Assembly (NCBI GenBank): GCA_020891255.1
Contig: BQFW01000007.1
Location: 930,001-994,000, forward strand
Source: Entomortierella parvispora E1425
Lineage: Eukaryota; Fungi; Mortierellomycota
Direction of reading: 5' to 3'
Length of the DNA: 64,000 nucleotides
This document shows, piece after piece, positions 13,674-25,427 of this stretch. The stretch's first letter is position 1. Each line of letters starts with the position of its first letter. The notes under the pieces were generated by a model, which was given only the letters and a program-made list of their open reading frames with translations, was not told the DNA's origin and did no database searches. The position numbers were made by a program, and so were the translations under genes.

Positions 13674-14354
13674 ATGAAGTTTTCAATTATCCTGGTCCTC
13701 TCGGCCGCTCCTCTGGCTGTGAACGCCATCGTCAACGGTGGCTTTGCCACAAACGTCTTCCTGAAGGGCGTCGTTAGAGTTAATGACGACTGTACTGGCG
13801 CCTTGATCGGCAACAAGTGCGTCCTGACAGCCCACCACTGTCTGGCCAAGAACAGACTCGGCGAGGTCATGATTCCCAACTACGAGTCCTCAGTCGTGGT
13901 CGAGTCAAGCAAGACGATCAAGATCGTCTCCTCCGTTTCACCTGAATACAGTGACAAACGCTGCTACGACATGGAAATCGCCGTCTTGGCAGAGAACCAC
14001 AGCCTTGGCTACAACATCTCCAAGACCGTGGTCAAGGACAAGGTCGGCGCAGCCGGCTGGGGCTTCGTTAATGATTACACAATTCCCAAGGCCCTCCAGT
14101 TTATCCAATACCTCGGCAAGCCAAAGTACACCAAGGATGGAATCGTGGTCCCAGTAGCGGATGGCGTCTCCGGTATTGCTTTCCGTGATTCTGGCGGACC
14201 CTTGTTCACCTGCGACGGAGACAACTGCTCAGTTGTCGCTGTTGCAAACGGCAAGGCCCCAGGTGCGACCCTGATGAACAATGCCCACGTGTTCTGTGAC
14301 ACCAGATCCAACTGGGACTGGATCCAGAAGACCTTGAAGGAGAGCTGCCAATAA
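13674..14354 (+). CDS. Secreted trypsin-fold (S1) serine protease, divergent, intronless, 226 aa
   Basis: Signal peptide MKFSIILVLSAAPLAVNA followed directly by IVNG; CTGALIG, VLTAHHC (His57), YDMEIAVL, AFRDSGGPL (Ser195). Confidence 0.85.
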   Translation: MKFSIILVLSAAPLAVNAIVNGGFATNVFLKGVVRVNDDCTGALIGNKCVLTAHHCLAKNRLGEVMIPNYESSVVVESSKTIKIVSSVSPEYSDKRCYDMEIAVLAENHSLGYNISKTVVKDKVGAAGWGFVNDYTIPKALQFIQYLGKPKYTKDGIVVPVADGVSGIAFRDSGGPLFTCDGDNCSVVAVANGKAPGATLMNNAHVFCDTRSNWDWIQKTLKESCQ

Positions 14355-15450
14355 GGAGTGCATAGAGACCCTCCCATACCGTATGTAGAAATTACAAATT
14401 ATAAAGCTTGCATGCTCCATCGACAATCTCTGTGAGATCGACTGTGCTTTGACATTTTGCCAAACGTGGACACGACTGATCAAGGATCCATTTTGAGGGT
14501 CCCGGAGATCCATATGACGTGGCTAGGAAGCATCGGAATGTTAAACTTCTTTGTCATGATCCATTTGCGACGATCCATCACCATTGCCTTCGTGCTTGAA
14601 GTCCAAGAAAGGTCACGAAAGAGACCACAAAGAGCCAGTGGGCTCATCGCTCTTTGCCATGTTTTTTTTTCTCTTGATCTGCCAATGCCCTCCCTTCTTC
14701 TTTCCTCCTTTAATTTCGGGAGTATCGTAAATAAAATAAGGGAGACGGAGGCGAAAGGAAATCCAGGAGTCTCGTCACCTATCCGAAGGTCATCCATCTC
14801 CTTCAAGCTCAGGTCTTGATTCACTCTCGCTTCAATTGATTTTTTTTTCTCAAGCCGATGACCTCGTCTCTCTTTCGCCTTTTCTTGCCCTCAGCCGCTC
14901 TCTATCTCCTGGGCTAAAATTGCCATGCTTCCATCCCTCTCGCTACGAAGGGGTGATTTCCATCATCAGACCTGACCTTTTAGTGTCTCTCTTTTTCATT
15001 CACTCGGGCGCTTATAATGGGTCATTGTGCTTATGTCTACAAACAAGACAAGACTCTACATCGCGTTTTCTCCCTCATTTTTCGTGTCTCCCCCTTCTTC
15101 CCTTCTCTCATTCTCTCGATTGCATCTCAAAGGCTCTCAGATTTCTGGATTTCTGGCATCCTTGCCCGGGCGTATTTAAACACGCTGACCTAGCTCGCGG
15201 GTGTCAACCCTTCTTTTTACTCTTTTTTCCTCCATCACACCTGTTTCGCCTGCTTCACGGACATTTTTGCTCCTTCTTTTCCTTCTTCCTCCTCTCTTTA
15301 CCCCTCTGCTCTTCTTCTATCCGTCTTTCTCAGGAACGAATATCTCTTTGTGCATCAGAACGCCAGCACTCCTGCCTCGACGAAAAAGTCAACTTCGACC
15401 GACATTCACACCAAGAACAACCACAAAAAAACAACTTTTACTCACAAAAA

Positions 15451-16044
15451 ATGATCTTCACAAAGTCCACCATCGCCACCACCTTGTTGACAGTCGGGGC
15501 CTTGATGATTTCGTTCGCCCAAGCAGACTCTGACATGCTCCTCATTTCGAACCCCACCCTTGGAACAACGTGGAAAGTCGGCGACGAGGTGTTTTTGCAA
15601 TGGAAGGGCAACTGTGCCTCCATGGGTCCGGCCGCCAAATCTGTGGACGTGAATCTGATGACGGGTCCCGACACGGCGCTCCGGTTCGTCGCCAAATTGG
15701 CGTCGATCGACTGTTCCGGAACGAACACGCGAAAATCCTTTGTGATTCCCGCCAGCGATATCCCTCAAAGCGGCAAATACTCCTTGCAGGTCCTGACAAG
15801 CCCACGGACTTCATACTCGAACATTTTCACGATGGAAACCGCGACAGGCAGTGGTTCGGAGACGCCTGTGGCAGGCAATGGGGAACTCAATACCAATTTG
15901 AACCAGGGTACGGGTCAGACAGGTACCACTGCATACGCCAGCGCGGCCGCCGTTTTGACGCCTATGAAGAACAATCTGGGATCCACAGCCGCTACGTCGG
16001 GTGTGGCTTTGGCCGCCGTCTTGATTGCCGCCCAGCTTCTTTAA
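15451..16044 (+). CDS. Secreted, probably GPI-anchored Ser/Thr-rich cell-surface protein (Kre9/Knh1-like N-terminal beta-sandwich), 197 aa
   Basis: MIFTKSTIATTLLTVGALMISFAQA signal; ISNPTLGTTWKVGDEVFLQWKG...VNLMTG...GKYSLQV...SYSNIFTM pattern; S/T/G linker and hydrophobic C-terminus (SGVALAAVLIAAQLL). The upstream ORF extension to 14836 is low-complexity UTR. Confidence 0.8.
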   Translation: MIFTKSTIATTLLTVGALMISFAQADSDMLLISNPTLGTTWKVGDEVFLQWKGNCASMGPAAKSVDVNLMTGPDTALRFVAKLASIDCSGTNTRKSFVIPASDIPQSGKYSLQVLTSPRTSYSNIFTMETATGSGSETPVAGNGELNTNLNQGTGQTGTTAYASAAAVLTPMKNNLGSTAATSGVALAAVLIAAQLL

Positions 16045-16399
16045 GGGAGGGAAAAAAAAAGAAGAAAAAAAGGATATCGTTCCCGCAGTTCCTTCTGTTC
16101 TCAAGTCCTTCTTCCTGGCATTCAAAGCATGTGTTGATAAGCATTCATCTCCATACAAGTTTTTACTCCTTGACACTTCCCCCCATTATACCTCATTGGC
16201 AAATAGAAACTCATATCCTCTTCTAGGGAAGAACATAGTAGCACTATCATAAATACTTCAATTATGTTTGCGCCCACCGTTTTTTGCGATTCATTTTCAT
16301 TGGCAACCAAGGAGCAATTAGTATAGAGCAGACATGTAAAGCGAACCTCGCACGCCGGTGTTCAATCATCCATTTGGGTGTTCTGGAAAGCAGACTCCT

Positions 16400-17850
16400 G
16401 CAAGAGTTCGCCATTGTCTGTTGGGGACATCGAAAGACTTGGAGGCTGAATGCTTACCCCGCCTTGATGTCCAGAACACTCTCTGCTGTTGGGAATCTCG
16501 GCTCTGGCTCAGAATATATGCCACCATTGCTTCGAAATCAAGAGCTGGCATCAAACAATGTCATGGAAGAATAGGGGAGGTGATAAGAGACAAGCCAGCG
16601 GTGATAGCCCTTCATCATTGTAGACATACAAGAACATTTCAACAGGCGACTCCCTCCCTGAGTCCACTCGGCCATGCCATTCGTCCATTTCCACCTGCAG
16701 AGCTAATAGTCAGTTGTCGTACTGTCTACGACGGAGAGGCTGCTAAAGAAGAGCTTGTGGAGAGGAGCCAAGAAAAAAAAAGGGGACGCGATCCTCTGCA
16801 CGTGATGCACGCGGTCGTGCGCTTTTTTTTTCAAAACGACAAAGATCTGCATATGGTTGAACAAACAAACCGAAAGAAGCACCATCATCCCAACGGCGCA
16901 GATTCATGCAGTTCACCAGCAGTGACCGAATATCGTGCACCTCTCCTGCGGTGCACTCCCTTCATATCCTGTCTCTGTGGGTTGCAAGGGGGGAAGAGGT
17001 GTATTGCGGCCATGAAGGATGCCTCTGGCTCTTTTCATCTCTTCAAGAAGTTCGGGAGCGACAACTACAATACCCTTTCCCACACTCTTTCAATTCAAGC
17101 TCCTCCTCCTCCCATCCCGACAAGATTAAATAAAAAGCGAGCGAGTTGAGTGACCCTTCCTCCTTCCGTGCGCATGGACTTTGTCACTTTTTCCCTTTCT
17201 CATCCAAAAGAAGCCAGGTCCTTCCACCACAGACCTTTTCACCGACCAATAAGGGTTAAATGAGTTGGAAGGGTCCAAGGTCCCACTTGACCTCTGGGTC
17301 AACATCATGGGCTTGACAGTGCTTGTATCTTGAGCAGGGAAACTCGTGAGATGAGGATCTCTGAGCTTTTGCTAGGGCATGAGCTCCATCATTGATTGTG
17401 CGCCCAGAGCACAACAACAATGAACAAAGACAATTAAAGACCCTTGGGCAAAGCGACAACGGCCACGACCTTCTCATGAAAGACCTTCTTTTCCACCAGT
17501 CCTCGCACCACTGTCTTCATATCCAACAGCTGCGTTGATTTGTCAAATCGTTGTTGGACATCCAAATCATTTATTGACACACACTCTCTCTATCTAATGG
17601 TCTGCTCCCAGTCAGCTCGCTCTCCCCAAAGGAAAGCAAAGCTGTGCAGGGTGCGCCAACGAGCAGGCGGCAGATCATCGAGCCCCATTTACCTTATACT
17701 CTACCTGGTTAACCCTCTTGCAGCGGTATACACCCCATAGTGCTCCAAGATTGCCGTCTTTCATAGTCCTCTCAGCCCCCCGGCGAAAGAGTTGGCCACC
17801 GCCATACTTTTGAGACTTAGAACCAGTCGAGAGGATGACCATGATGCCAT
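16400..17850 (-). other. Possible spliced or decayed minus-strand gene of unknown function
   Basis: Several protein-like open segments with plausible acceptors (e.g. RECVSINDLDVQQRFDKSTQLLDMKTVVRGLVEKKVFHEK ~17570-17450; VAPELLEEMKRARGILHGRNTPLPPLQPTETGYEGSAPQER ~17065-16940) and a 792-nt antisense ORF. No fully consistent exon chain or family motif found. Confidence 0.3.
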
Positions 17851-18427
17851 GTCAAGGCGCACTGGGGAAGGGGAATAAGAGGGTGCAGTGACTGACAAGA
17901 GGGGTGCAAAAACACTTGGGCGAAAAACGAATAGATGAGCAAACGCGACATGCAACATGAAACAGGCAATGAACAACATTAGGACCCAAGTGTTTTGCTC
18001 TTGTGCGTGTTGTGAGAGAATGCAGCCAACGGTGTCTGCGGAGATAGTGTGGCAATCTGAGGCGAGGTAAGGGGGACAGGACGGAATGAGTGCAAAGGTG
18101 AAGAAGAATCGAATGAACTGCGGCGACGCCCTCGTTTTGGTCATTTCGCTTCGCCTCCAGCACGTGATCCATGCCAGGTCCCATGGTTCTTTTTGTGCAT
18201 CAAATGATGCCCGTCAAATGGCGCGTCTCAATTGTTCCTTTTCGCGTCTTGCCATTGTTGCCTCTTTCTCTTTCACTCACTCCTTATTCGCCTCCCCTTG
18301 AACACTGCTGATTCCCCGGGCAGCGCAGGCAAGTCCGTCTGCCTTAACGATCCACCCTCTCGTCCCTCTCAGTGACATCTAATGCTCCTTTTCTAATTGC
18401 AACATCTAATCCATCAATCAGCCGTCC

Positions 18428-21418
18428 ATGAGTCATTCACAGCAACCGCCTGCAAGGGGGTCTGCTCCAAGACGAGGAGGGTTCTATTCAAGGTTACAGC
18501 GGGAACTCGAGCGAGAAGGAGCAGGATCAGAAGGAGCAGGACCGGCACCTCGCTCATTACTCAATTCCCGCCTAACTGCCGAGGCCACAGCCGCAGCCAG
18601 GCGTGCAGCAGCCATGCAGAGCGAGGGCGATCACAATGCTGATCTTCATCATGGCCACGATCCCCTGGACACACCCTCTCGAAGACCCTCCAGCACTGCT
18701 ACAACCACGACCACAGCAGCGACGGCATCCAGCCTACGACGTGTACGACAGCATAGCACGTCTCGACAGCCACCACCGCCACAGCCAGCCTCGAGGCAGA
18801 TCCCGCCTCCCCGAGACCTCTTGCAAGTCCAACAACTGGAAAGAGAACAAGATACTACCTTGTTCTCATCACCCCCTCCAGCCGTGACTACCTTACCAAT
18901 CTACAGGACACCCAGGATAAATCAGCAGTCCATGGTGACCCCTGCCGCTCGACCGATGGGATTCGATTCTCCGGCTTTGTTTGCTTCTCCAGCCTCGCCT
19001 TCATGGAGCAGTGTCGACCACCATGGACCACTTGCAATGACACCAGATGTTTTCCGACCGACCATGCCGCGGTCTCTACTCAGAATTCCTAACGAACCGA
19101 CAGAGGGCAATATCAATAGCAGTGACCAGGAACAAGAGGTCGAAGCAGAAGGGCAGCATGCAGGAAATCAGATTACAGGAGCAGGTGCAAGATCTGATAG
19201 TTCCAGCATAATGAGAAGATCGGAAGCATCATCGCCGTCAGTAATAGCAGCAGCAACAGTGTCAGAGATGCCAACGTCTCCAAGTGGAGGTAGGCCTGAG
19301 AGCCCCTCACGTCCTTATGGTGAATGGAGACAACATGCTCAAAGGCTCGAATCGCAATACGCCTCCAGATACGGCAGTCCACGACGGGAGAGAGGAGAAA
19401 TTCAGGGACAGCGACTCGAGTTTCGACTTCAACAGGATGAAGCCCTCTCACGGCGTCCTCATGTAGCCGCTCACCCTGGTGCTCGCTTCCTTCGGGGAGA
19501 CATAGATGGTACGATTTCACCTCCTAGAAGACTGAATCTCGCTGCTATGACATTAAGTCCATCCACCCCAGCTTCAGTTACGACTGCTGCAGAGATGGCC
19601 GGTACATTGCCATCGTCATCAGCGGCAGGAACAACAACGGCAACATCAACGGTGGCGGCACCTGCAGCAGCAGGAGGAGCAGGGGCAGCAGCAGCATCCC
19701 GTAGAGCGAGGTTAGCCGATGATCCGGATGAGTTTTGGTCTTCGGGCAGTTCAGGACAGCGGTCCACTCGTCTTTTGCCCAATATCCCAAATTTAAGGCA
19801 ACGGCCTGTTCCTCGACCTTACCGTCGTGGACCTGAGGCACCATCGTCATCGTCATTATCACAGCCGCAGCAATCGCGACTCCCGCCACCCTCGATAGAC
19901 TCCCTTTCGACAGGAAATGATATGCAGTCGGACAGAGGAAGTAGAGACGCAGGGCCTCAATATGCCTCACGGTCCAGTCAGGGACAAGCTATTTGGCAGG
20001 AGATTCTTGGAGGGCGGAGAGTCCACGGGAGAGAAAGTGGGCCAGGACATATACGACAACATCAACACCAAGACCAGGATTCAGGTCGGCAGGACCGGCG
20101 GCAGCAGGAACGGGAGGAGCAATATGTTCATGAGATTTACGAAGATCCCGAGAGTGATGAAGCAGCGGATGGAGAGGAATATGACCAGAATGAACCAGGC
20201 GTTCAAGCCAAAGAGCCTACTGAGCAGCACGTCGAGGAAGAAGACGAAGATGAGGAAGGGGGATTGCCGATAGTGGATCCTTCTGCCGATTTGCTCTTGG
20301 ACGCCAGCAGAGCCTATAGAGCACGGCATCTCTCGAATGCGAGTCGTCGACTCTCTCAGGAGTCTGAAGATCCATTCCAGTCCTCGGGAAGGAGGCACAA
20401 GCGGGCTCGTTTTAACGACTCGTTCGGATCCTTGGACGAAGAGGTCTCTATCATGGCTAACGGTAGCTTTGGCGGTAACGCGTCCGCAGAAATGGTACCC
20501 GTTGAAAGCGTTGGAAACGAATCTGCAGATATGGCCTATCAAGAGCAAGAGCGAGATCTGAACCATGAAGACATCAATGAGATTGACGATTCCGCCTTGT
20601 TGTACGATGATCTTGACGAGCAAGGACAGGAGCAACAGCCACAACTACCCGGCGGAGGTCATCCATCTTCGCTGTACGATGTTGATGTCGATACTTCCTT
20701 GCAGGTCGGGCTAGCAGACTCAGATGCAGAGGCGGAGGTGGCGACAGTGGACGAAGCCGATTTATATGGTCTCTTTGAATCACCACCACCAGAGCTAGGA
20801 ACTAACTACCGGCGCTCGGTGGATGACTATGAAGAGCAAGACACCTACGAGCAGCATCTTCCACTTCATCATGGCCATGACGATGCAGAGCCATTTCTTG
20901 ATCGCGCAATAATGGGATCTCCGCCTTCTGTCCAGCGGCAGGATCTTCTCCAGCAGGAGCAGCCTTACATGAATGGGGATCTATCCTCAGATTCCGAGGC
21001 AGAGGAGGCCATCGCAGAAAGCAATGAAGAGACTGACCAGGACGAGGAAGATGAGGAGGAGGAAGCAGAGAGATTGCGACAGCTCATCGAGGCAACAGTA
21101 AACCAAGGCCCTGAAGCAGTGGCAGTGTTGAGCGGATTTCGGGCACCAGGATCAGTATTTCAAGGTAAGAGACTTGCCCTTTTTTCCTTTTTGTTATTGT
21201 TGTTGTTATTGAGAATTGAGAGCAAATGATTGACGCTTTTCTTTTTTCTCAATGTGGATTCAGGTCCTGTCCAGAGAGAAGTGCTTCCGAATGTGGATGA
21301 CCCCACAGTTGCACCAGATGCTCGGGATGAGCTTCGAGAGCGCCAAGTCCTCAACGAGGAGCTCTGGTGGGATCTTGAACCCCGAGAACTCGATTCGAGA
21401 GAGGAACGGGTTTTGTAA
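18428..21418 (+). CDS. ~990-aa intrinsically disordered S/P/R-rich then D/E-rich protein, 2 exons
   Basis: 933-codon ORF; intron caag|gtaaga (~21165) to ttcag| (~21261); last exon PVQREVLPNVDDPT...EELWWDLEPRELDSREERVL* ends at 21418. Basic cluster RRHKRARF may be an NLS. Confidence 0.75.
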
Positions 21419-21594
21419 AACTAGCCCCGCGATTCATTTTTTTTTGTTTCTCTAGATAATTTCCATGTATGATAGTGTAATAATAATAACAAAGAGCGAG
21501 GGATGCTTGAGAGAGATGACCTGTTTGCATCCACTCTTGATCAACTGTTTTCAGGTCTTTTTTTTTTTTTTTATTGGGTTCGTGGTTTGATTCA

Positions 21595-24525
21595 TCATGG
21601 TGCTTCCTCAGAATCCTTGGGGGATTTTAGTCCGCGCACAAGCTCCTTCAATATCTGCAACAGTTTCGCAAACCCGCCAGATGGCTGCTCATCATAACCT
21701 CTCTGTGAGTCGTCGCGATCTTCAAACTCATCCCTAATCTTTGCAGAGTCTGGCTGACGGAGCTCCAAGTCATTCTCCCTGGGGGCTTCTTTGACCACAG
21801 GTGATTTCAAGTTGGGGTTGTTTGGTAGAACAGTCGGGATCGCGGGCATATAAAAGTCCTCGTACTCCCTTACCCCCTCCCATAGTTGCTGCTGTGACAT
21901 ATAGCGCGATGATTGTGGGGGCGGCATACCAGATCCGTACCAGAGCTGCCCAATCGCTGCCAATGGTCGTTTCCACATAGGTATACCAACAAGATCCAAA
22001 GAGGTGATCCTTGTCTCCTGGAACGCCGCCACGTTGATAATCATGACCACAAGTAGAAAAGCCACAATCGGTGCCATAACCTGTTTCCACCACGTCTGTA
22101 CCAGCGCGATCGCGTGTTTTAGGGGCGTTGATGGGGGCGAAGGGGTCCCTTGAGCTGAGCCCCGTATCTGCGGCGTGAGTCTTGATCCATCACTTAGAGC
22201 CGAAATATTAGAGGCGGTGATGTTGGCAGGTCCATTTGTAGCTGCAGCATTGGAGGCTTGCTCTGCCTGAGGATTTTGAGGCTCGGGCGGTTGTTGAGGA
22301 TGACGCTGGCTCGGTGGATGAGCTACAGCAGCAGCTGAAGCCACAACAGTAGCATTATACGGTGGTTGCTGAGGGTGATGAGCGGCAGCAACTGCATTTT
22401 GTCCAGGGGTCCTGCTGATCTGCTCTAGGACAGTGTCCACGAGGTCCGAGTCTGCTCCATATGTGAGCTCAGAAGATGTCTGGTCGATATGATGGATCCT
22501 TGACATAGTGTTTACAGTTGGTGCTGGGATAGTCGCAATCTTGAGCTGAGGTCGACCAAGAGTCATATACGCTCCATATGTTATAGTTTTTCGCTGACTC
22601 GATGATCCTTCGGAGGAAACTACCTCAAACTCTCCTGTAGGGGTATCATAGATCAAATCTGCAAAAGAGAAACTTCTTAGTGGCAACAGACATAAAATCA
22701 CGAATACAGTTCCACGTATCATTCACGATGACCATATCTTACCATCCGGCAGTCCTGGAAGACTTGCAACGACCAGGTATTCTCCAACAGGAAGATTGAC
22801 CGCAGGTACAACAAGTTCAATTAAAGAGTTTGATCCTTCAACCTCTTGACTCGCTGTAGGGAATCCATAGCTTATTTCGACTTGATGTGGCTTCTCCGCA
22901 TCGTCCAGAGAGTCCCCAGGAATGGGAACAAGGACAGTCCTTAGCCCTGCCAACTTCTTATCCACAAACTGTATCAGTTTTGAGCACTGATTTCCATTGA
23001 CCATGACATTCCAGATCTCTGCCCGTTCTAGCTGATGGATCCGCAAGTATCGATCGTTTTGCTGAGGCAAAATGACATTGAACATTGTGACCCTTGCGAA
23101 GCCTGGCTGTTGACCACTGGACACACCGATTTCAGCTCGAATGCGTTCGATCCTCGCAATCCTTGGTACGGCTTGGTATCTCTGAGCAACTACGGTAAGG
23201 TCATAGTCGTACGATTGAAACTGAAAATGTAGAGCCGATTGGAGTCGAAGAGCGAGATGGCTTTCGGGGATCATCTGTGCATCCGCTGAGCTGAGTTGTA
23301 GATTCCGGGTATTGGTCCGCTGAATAGAAAGACTATGTCCAGTATGGACTTGGAGCCGCCCCTTGACGTTGTCTGCACCAATGATGTCCACTCGAGGGAT
23401 ACTGCAAAGAATGTCTTTACCGCAACCAACAGCTACGGCTTGACAGATGTTGAACTTGATGTTCATTTCTGTTTTCCCCTCTGTTCCTGCATGGAACCAG
23501 ATCTTGTATCGAAGGGATCCTGAGGATTCCGCGATATCCTCGCATTCTGTAAGATCGACCTGCTCCTCTGTAAGAAGCTCCCAGTCTTGAATCGCAATAC
23601 CCGAGATGTTGACAGATGTCGCATCAATAGCTTGCCCTTGCTCCGTTGATGGCGCAGGTATCAAAAGCTCGGCGAAAGGCTGCTTCCATCCAAGCTTGCG
23701 AATATGGACTGTTATATCTGACTCGACTGCAATGACTAGATCGCCGTCATCCATTTCTAGGTGCTCGTAGACAATTGACCCCTCTTCTTCATCCTGCTCA
23801 AGTCGGTCCCTTCGGTGGTTCTCCTCAGGGTCTTTCCTCCTGCGATCTTTAAGCAGTGACGAAGATTTTGGTCCATCCGGCAGGCCATTGATATCAACCT
23901 TGATGTCCTGCTCCGCCTCCATGACAAATCCAGACGAATCCTGGGGAATCCATGCAATGTGCAGCGAAGAGGTAGGTGCAAAGCAGCCAGAAATTTGCCA
24001 CTGATCCAAATTCTCCTCCTCCTCGAGTCTATCCTGTGTGTTAAACGAGCTATCGTGTTGCTGGGTTTCTGTAGTCGTCAACTTCTCCACAACGCCATGC
24101 CGCCCCACAAGAAGTTCTTGTGCATCAAGCCAAAACTCGGCGTCTTCATCAGAGTCTGGGTTTAGATTCGCTTCGTCCAAAGGAGCAACTGCTGGATAAA
24201 CATTGAACTCCAACCCTGAAGCTTTTGAAACCAAGTCCAGAGGTTCGGTATCCAAGTGTTCGTCCTCTTGTCCAATTTGAAGTTTGATGAAGTTGCTTCG
24301 GCATTTTGGGATGTGTGGCAAATGGATACTTGGCGAGTTGGCTCCAGCCACAAGGGGAACATGGATCGAGAGGTGTACCAAGTAATCTCCTGCTTTGTTG
24401 GCCACAAGACTCAAAGCGTTGTTCAATACTGCAATATGGGTCTCTGGTACAGCTGACTGTGTTGCATACGAGGCTGTCGAGGCGATAGATATGGGCCTCC
24501 TTAATTGCCTCTGGTATGCCCGTTG

Positions 24526-24564
<39 letters not shown>

Positions 24565-25427
24565 TTGTTGTTGTTGGTGGGTTGGCGAGGCTGACGGTGA
24601 GATTGTTTCTACAGTGTCACCGCTGGCGTGAATCCACGACGATCGTTTCTCCTCTAACGAAGACACTATTTCAGGAAAATATGGAATGTTAGTTACTGAA
24701 GGCAGCTAGAACAAAGAAAAAAAACACCTATTTGACGCTCCAGGCCCCCATTCTTACTGAGATCGGTAATCTTTTCGTCCAAGGAGAAAACTAGGGCGGG
24801 AAACAAAAATAAAAGATGCATGTGCGAAAATTTCATCAGTTTCAACTGTATCATCACATCAGCGGGACACAGTGGTAAGGATCCGTTGCGCATACTCATG
24901 TCAGACACAGATTCGGCTGGAGCACGCTCGTTATCGGTGCCGGTAGATGAGCTGAGATAATCCACCTTCCATCTGTGGAGAACCGTAGATGGTGCTAGTA
25001 GTGGGCATGTTGTCCAGGTGTCCTCGATAATGTGGATCTATAGATAAACTCTTTCGCGTTAGCTAGGGGCAACAAGAGAGAAGGAAAAGGGATCTGAAGA
25101 GATGTTTACCTTGAGAGTGATGTCCAGCTCTGCTCCTGACGACGCAGTAGGCGACAAAGTAGACCCGATGATCTTCAGCTGCTTCCCGTAGTACCCTTGC
25201 TTCGCCTGAGGAACAGTGATCGAATCGATCAAGTTCGAAAGGGCGAGGATTCTCGCATTGGCCATGAACTCTTTTTCTTTGGCCAGCGTAGGCGGCTCTG
25301 GCGAGTGGACGGCCCTGGTTACTGATGAGGCTGTTGACATGGACCTGTTGTGGAGTGGAGCCGGTGGCAGAGGCGAGGCGGAGGTTCCAGTCGTGGTTTG
25401 GTAAGAGGATGTCCTCCTGGAAGTCAT
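21595..25427 (-). CDS. Large uncharacterised protein (~1150-1200 aa) with beta-rich domain(s), polyQ tract and one C-terminal TM helix; 4 exons
   Basis: MTSRRTSSY (25427)...LDITLK|gtaaac; exon IHIIEDTWTTCPLLAPSTVLHRWKV (~25040-24900); exon from ~24665 (647-codon ORF); intron after LPGLPD|gtaaga to ttgcag|DLIYDTPTGEF; TM WWKQVMAPIVAFLLVVMIINVAAF; stop 21595. Confidence 0.75.
24523..24576 (-). repeat. CAG/CAA polyglutamine tract (18 Q)
   Basis: 54 nt of (ctg/ttg)n on +, reading Q18 in the minus-strand ORF. Confidence 0.95.

Noticed and set aside
14836-15450. 205-codon upstream extension of the GPI-protein ORF
   Set aside because: Pyrimidine-rich UTR/promoter sequence with a TTG start; the real signal peptide starts at ATG 15451.
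16358-17149. 263-aa plus-strand ORF with TTG/GTG-type start
   Set aside because: Random-looking composition, spans A/T homopolymers; better explained as an antisense shadow.
17761-17763. TGA after a presequence-like peptide, and TGA at 58794, as selenocysteine or read-through
   Set aside because: No redox motif context or recognisable SECIS; the 58794 gene also carries a frameshift.
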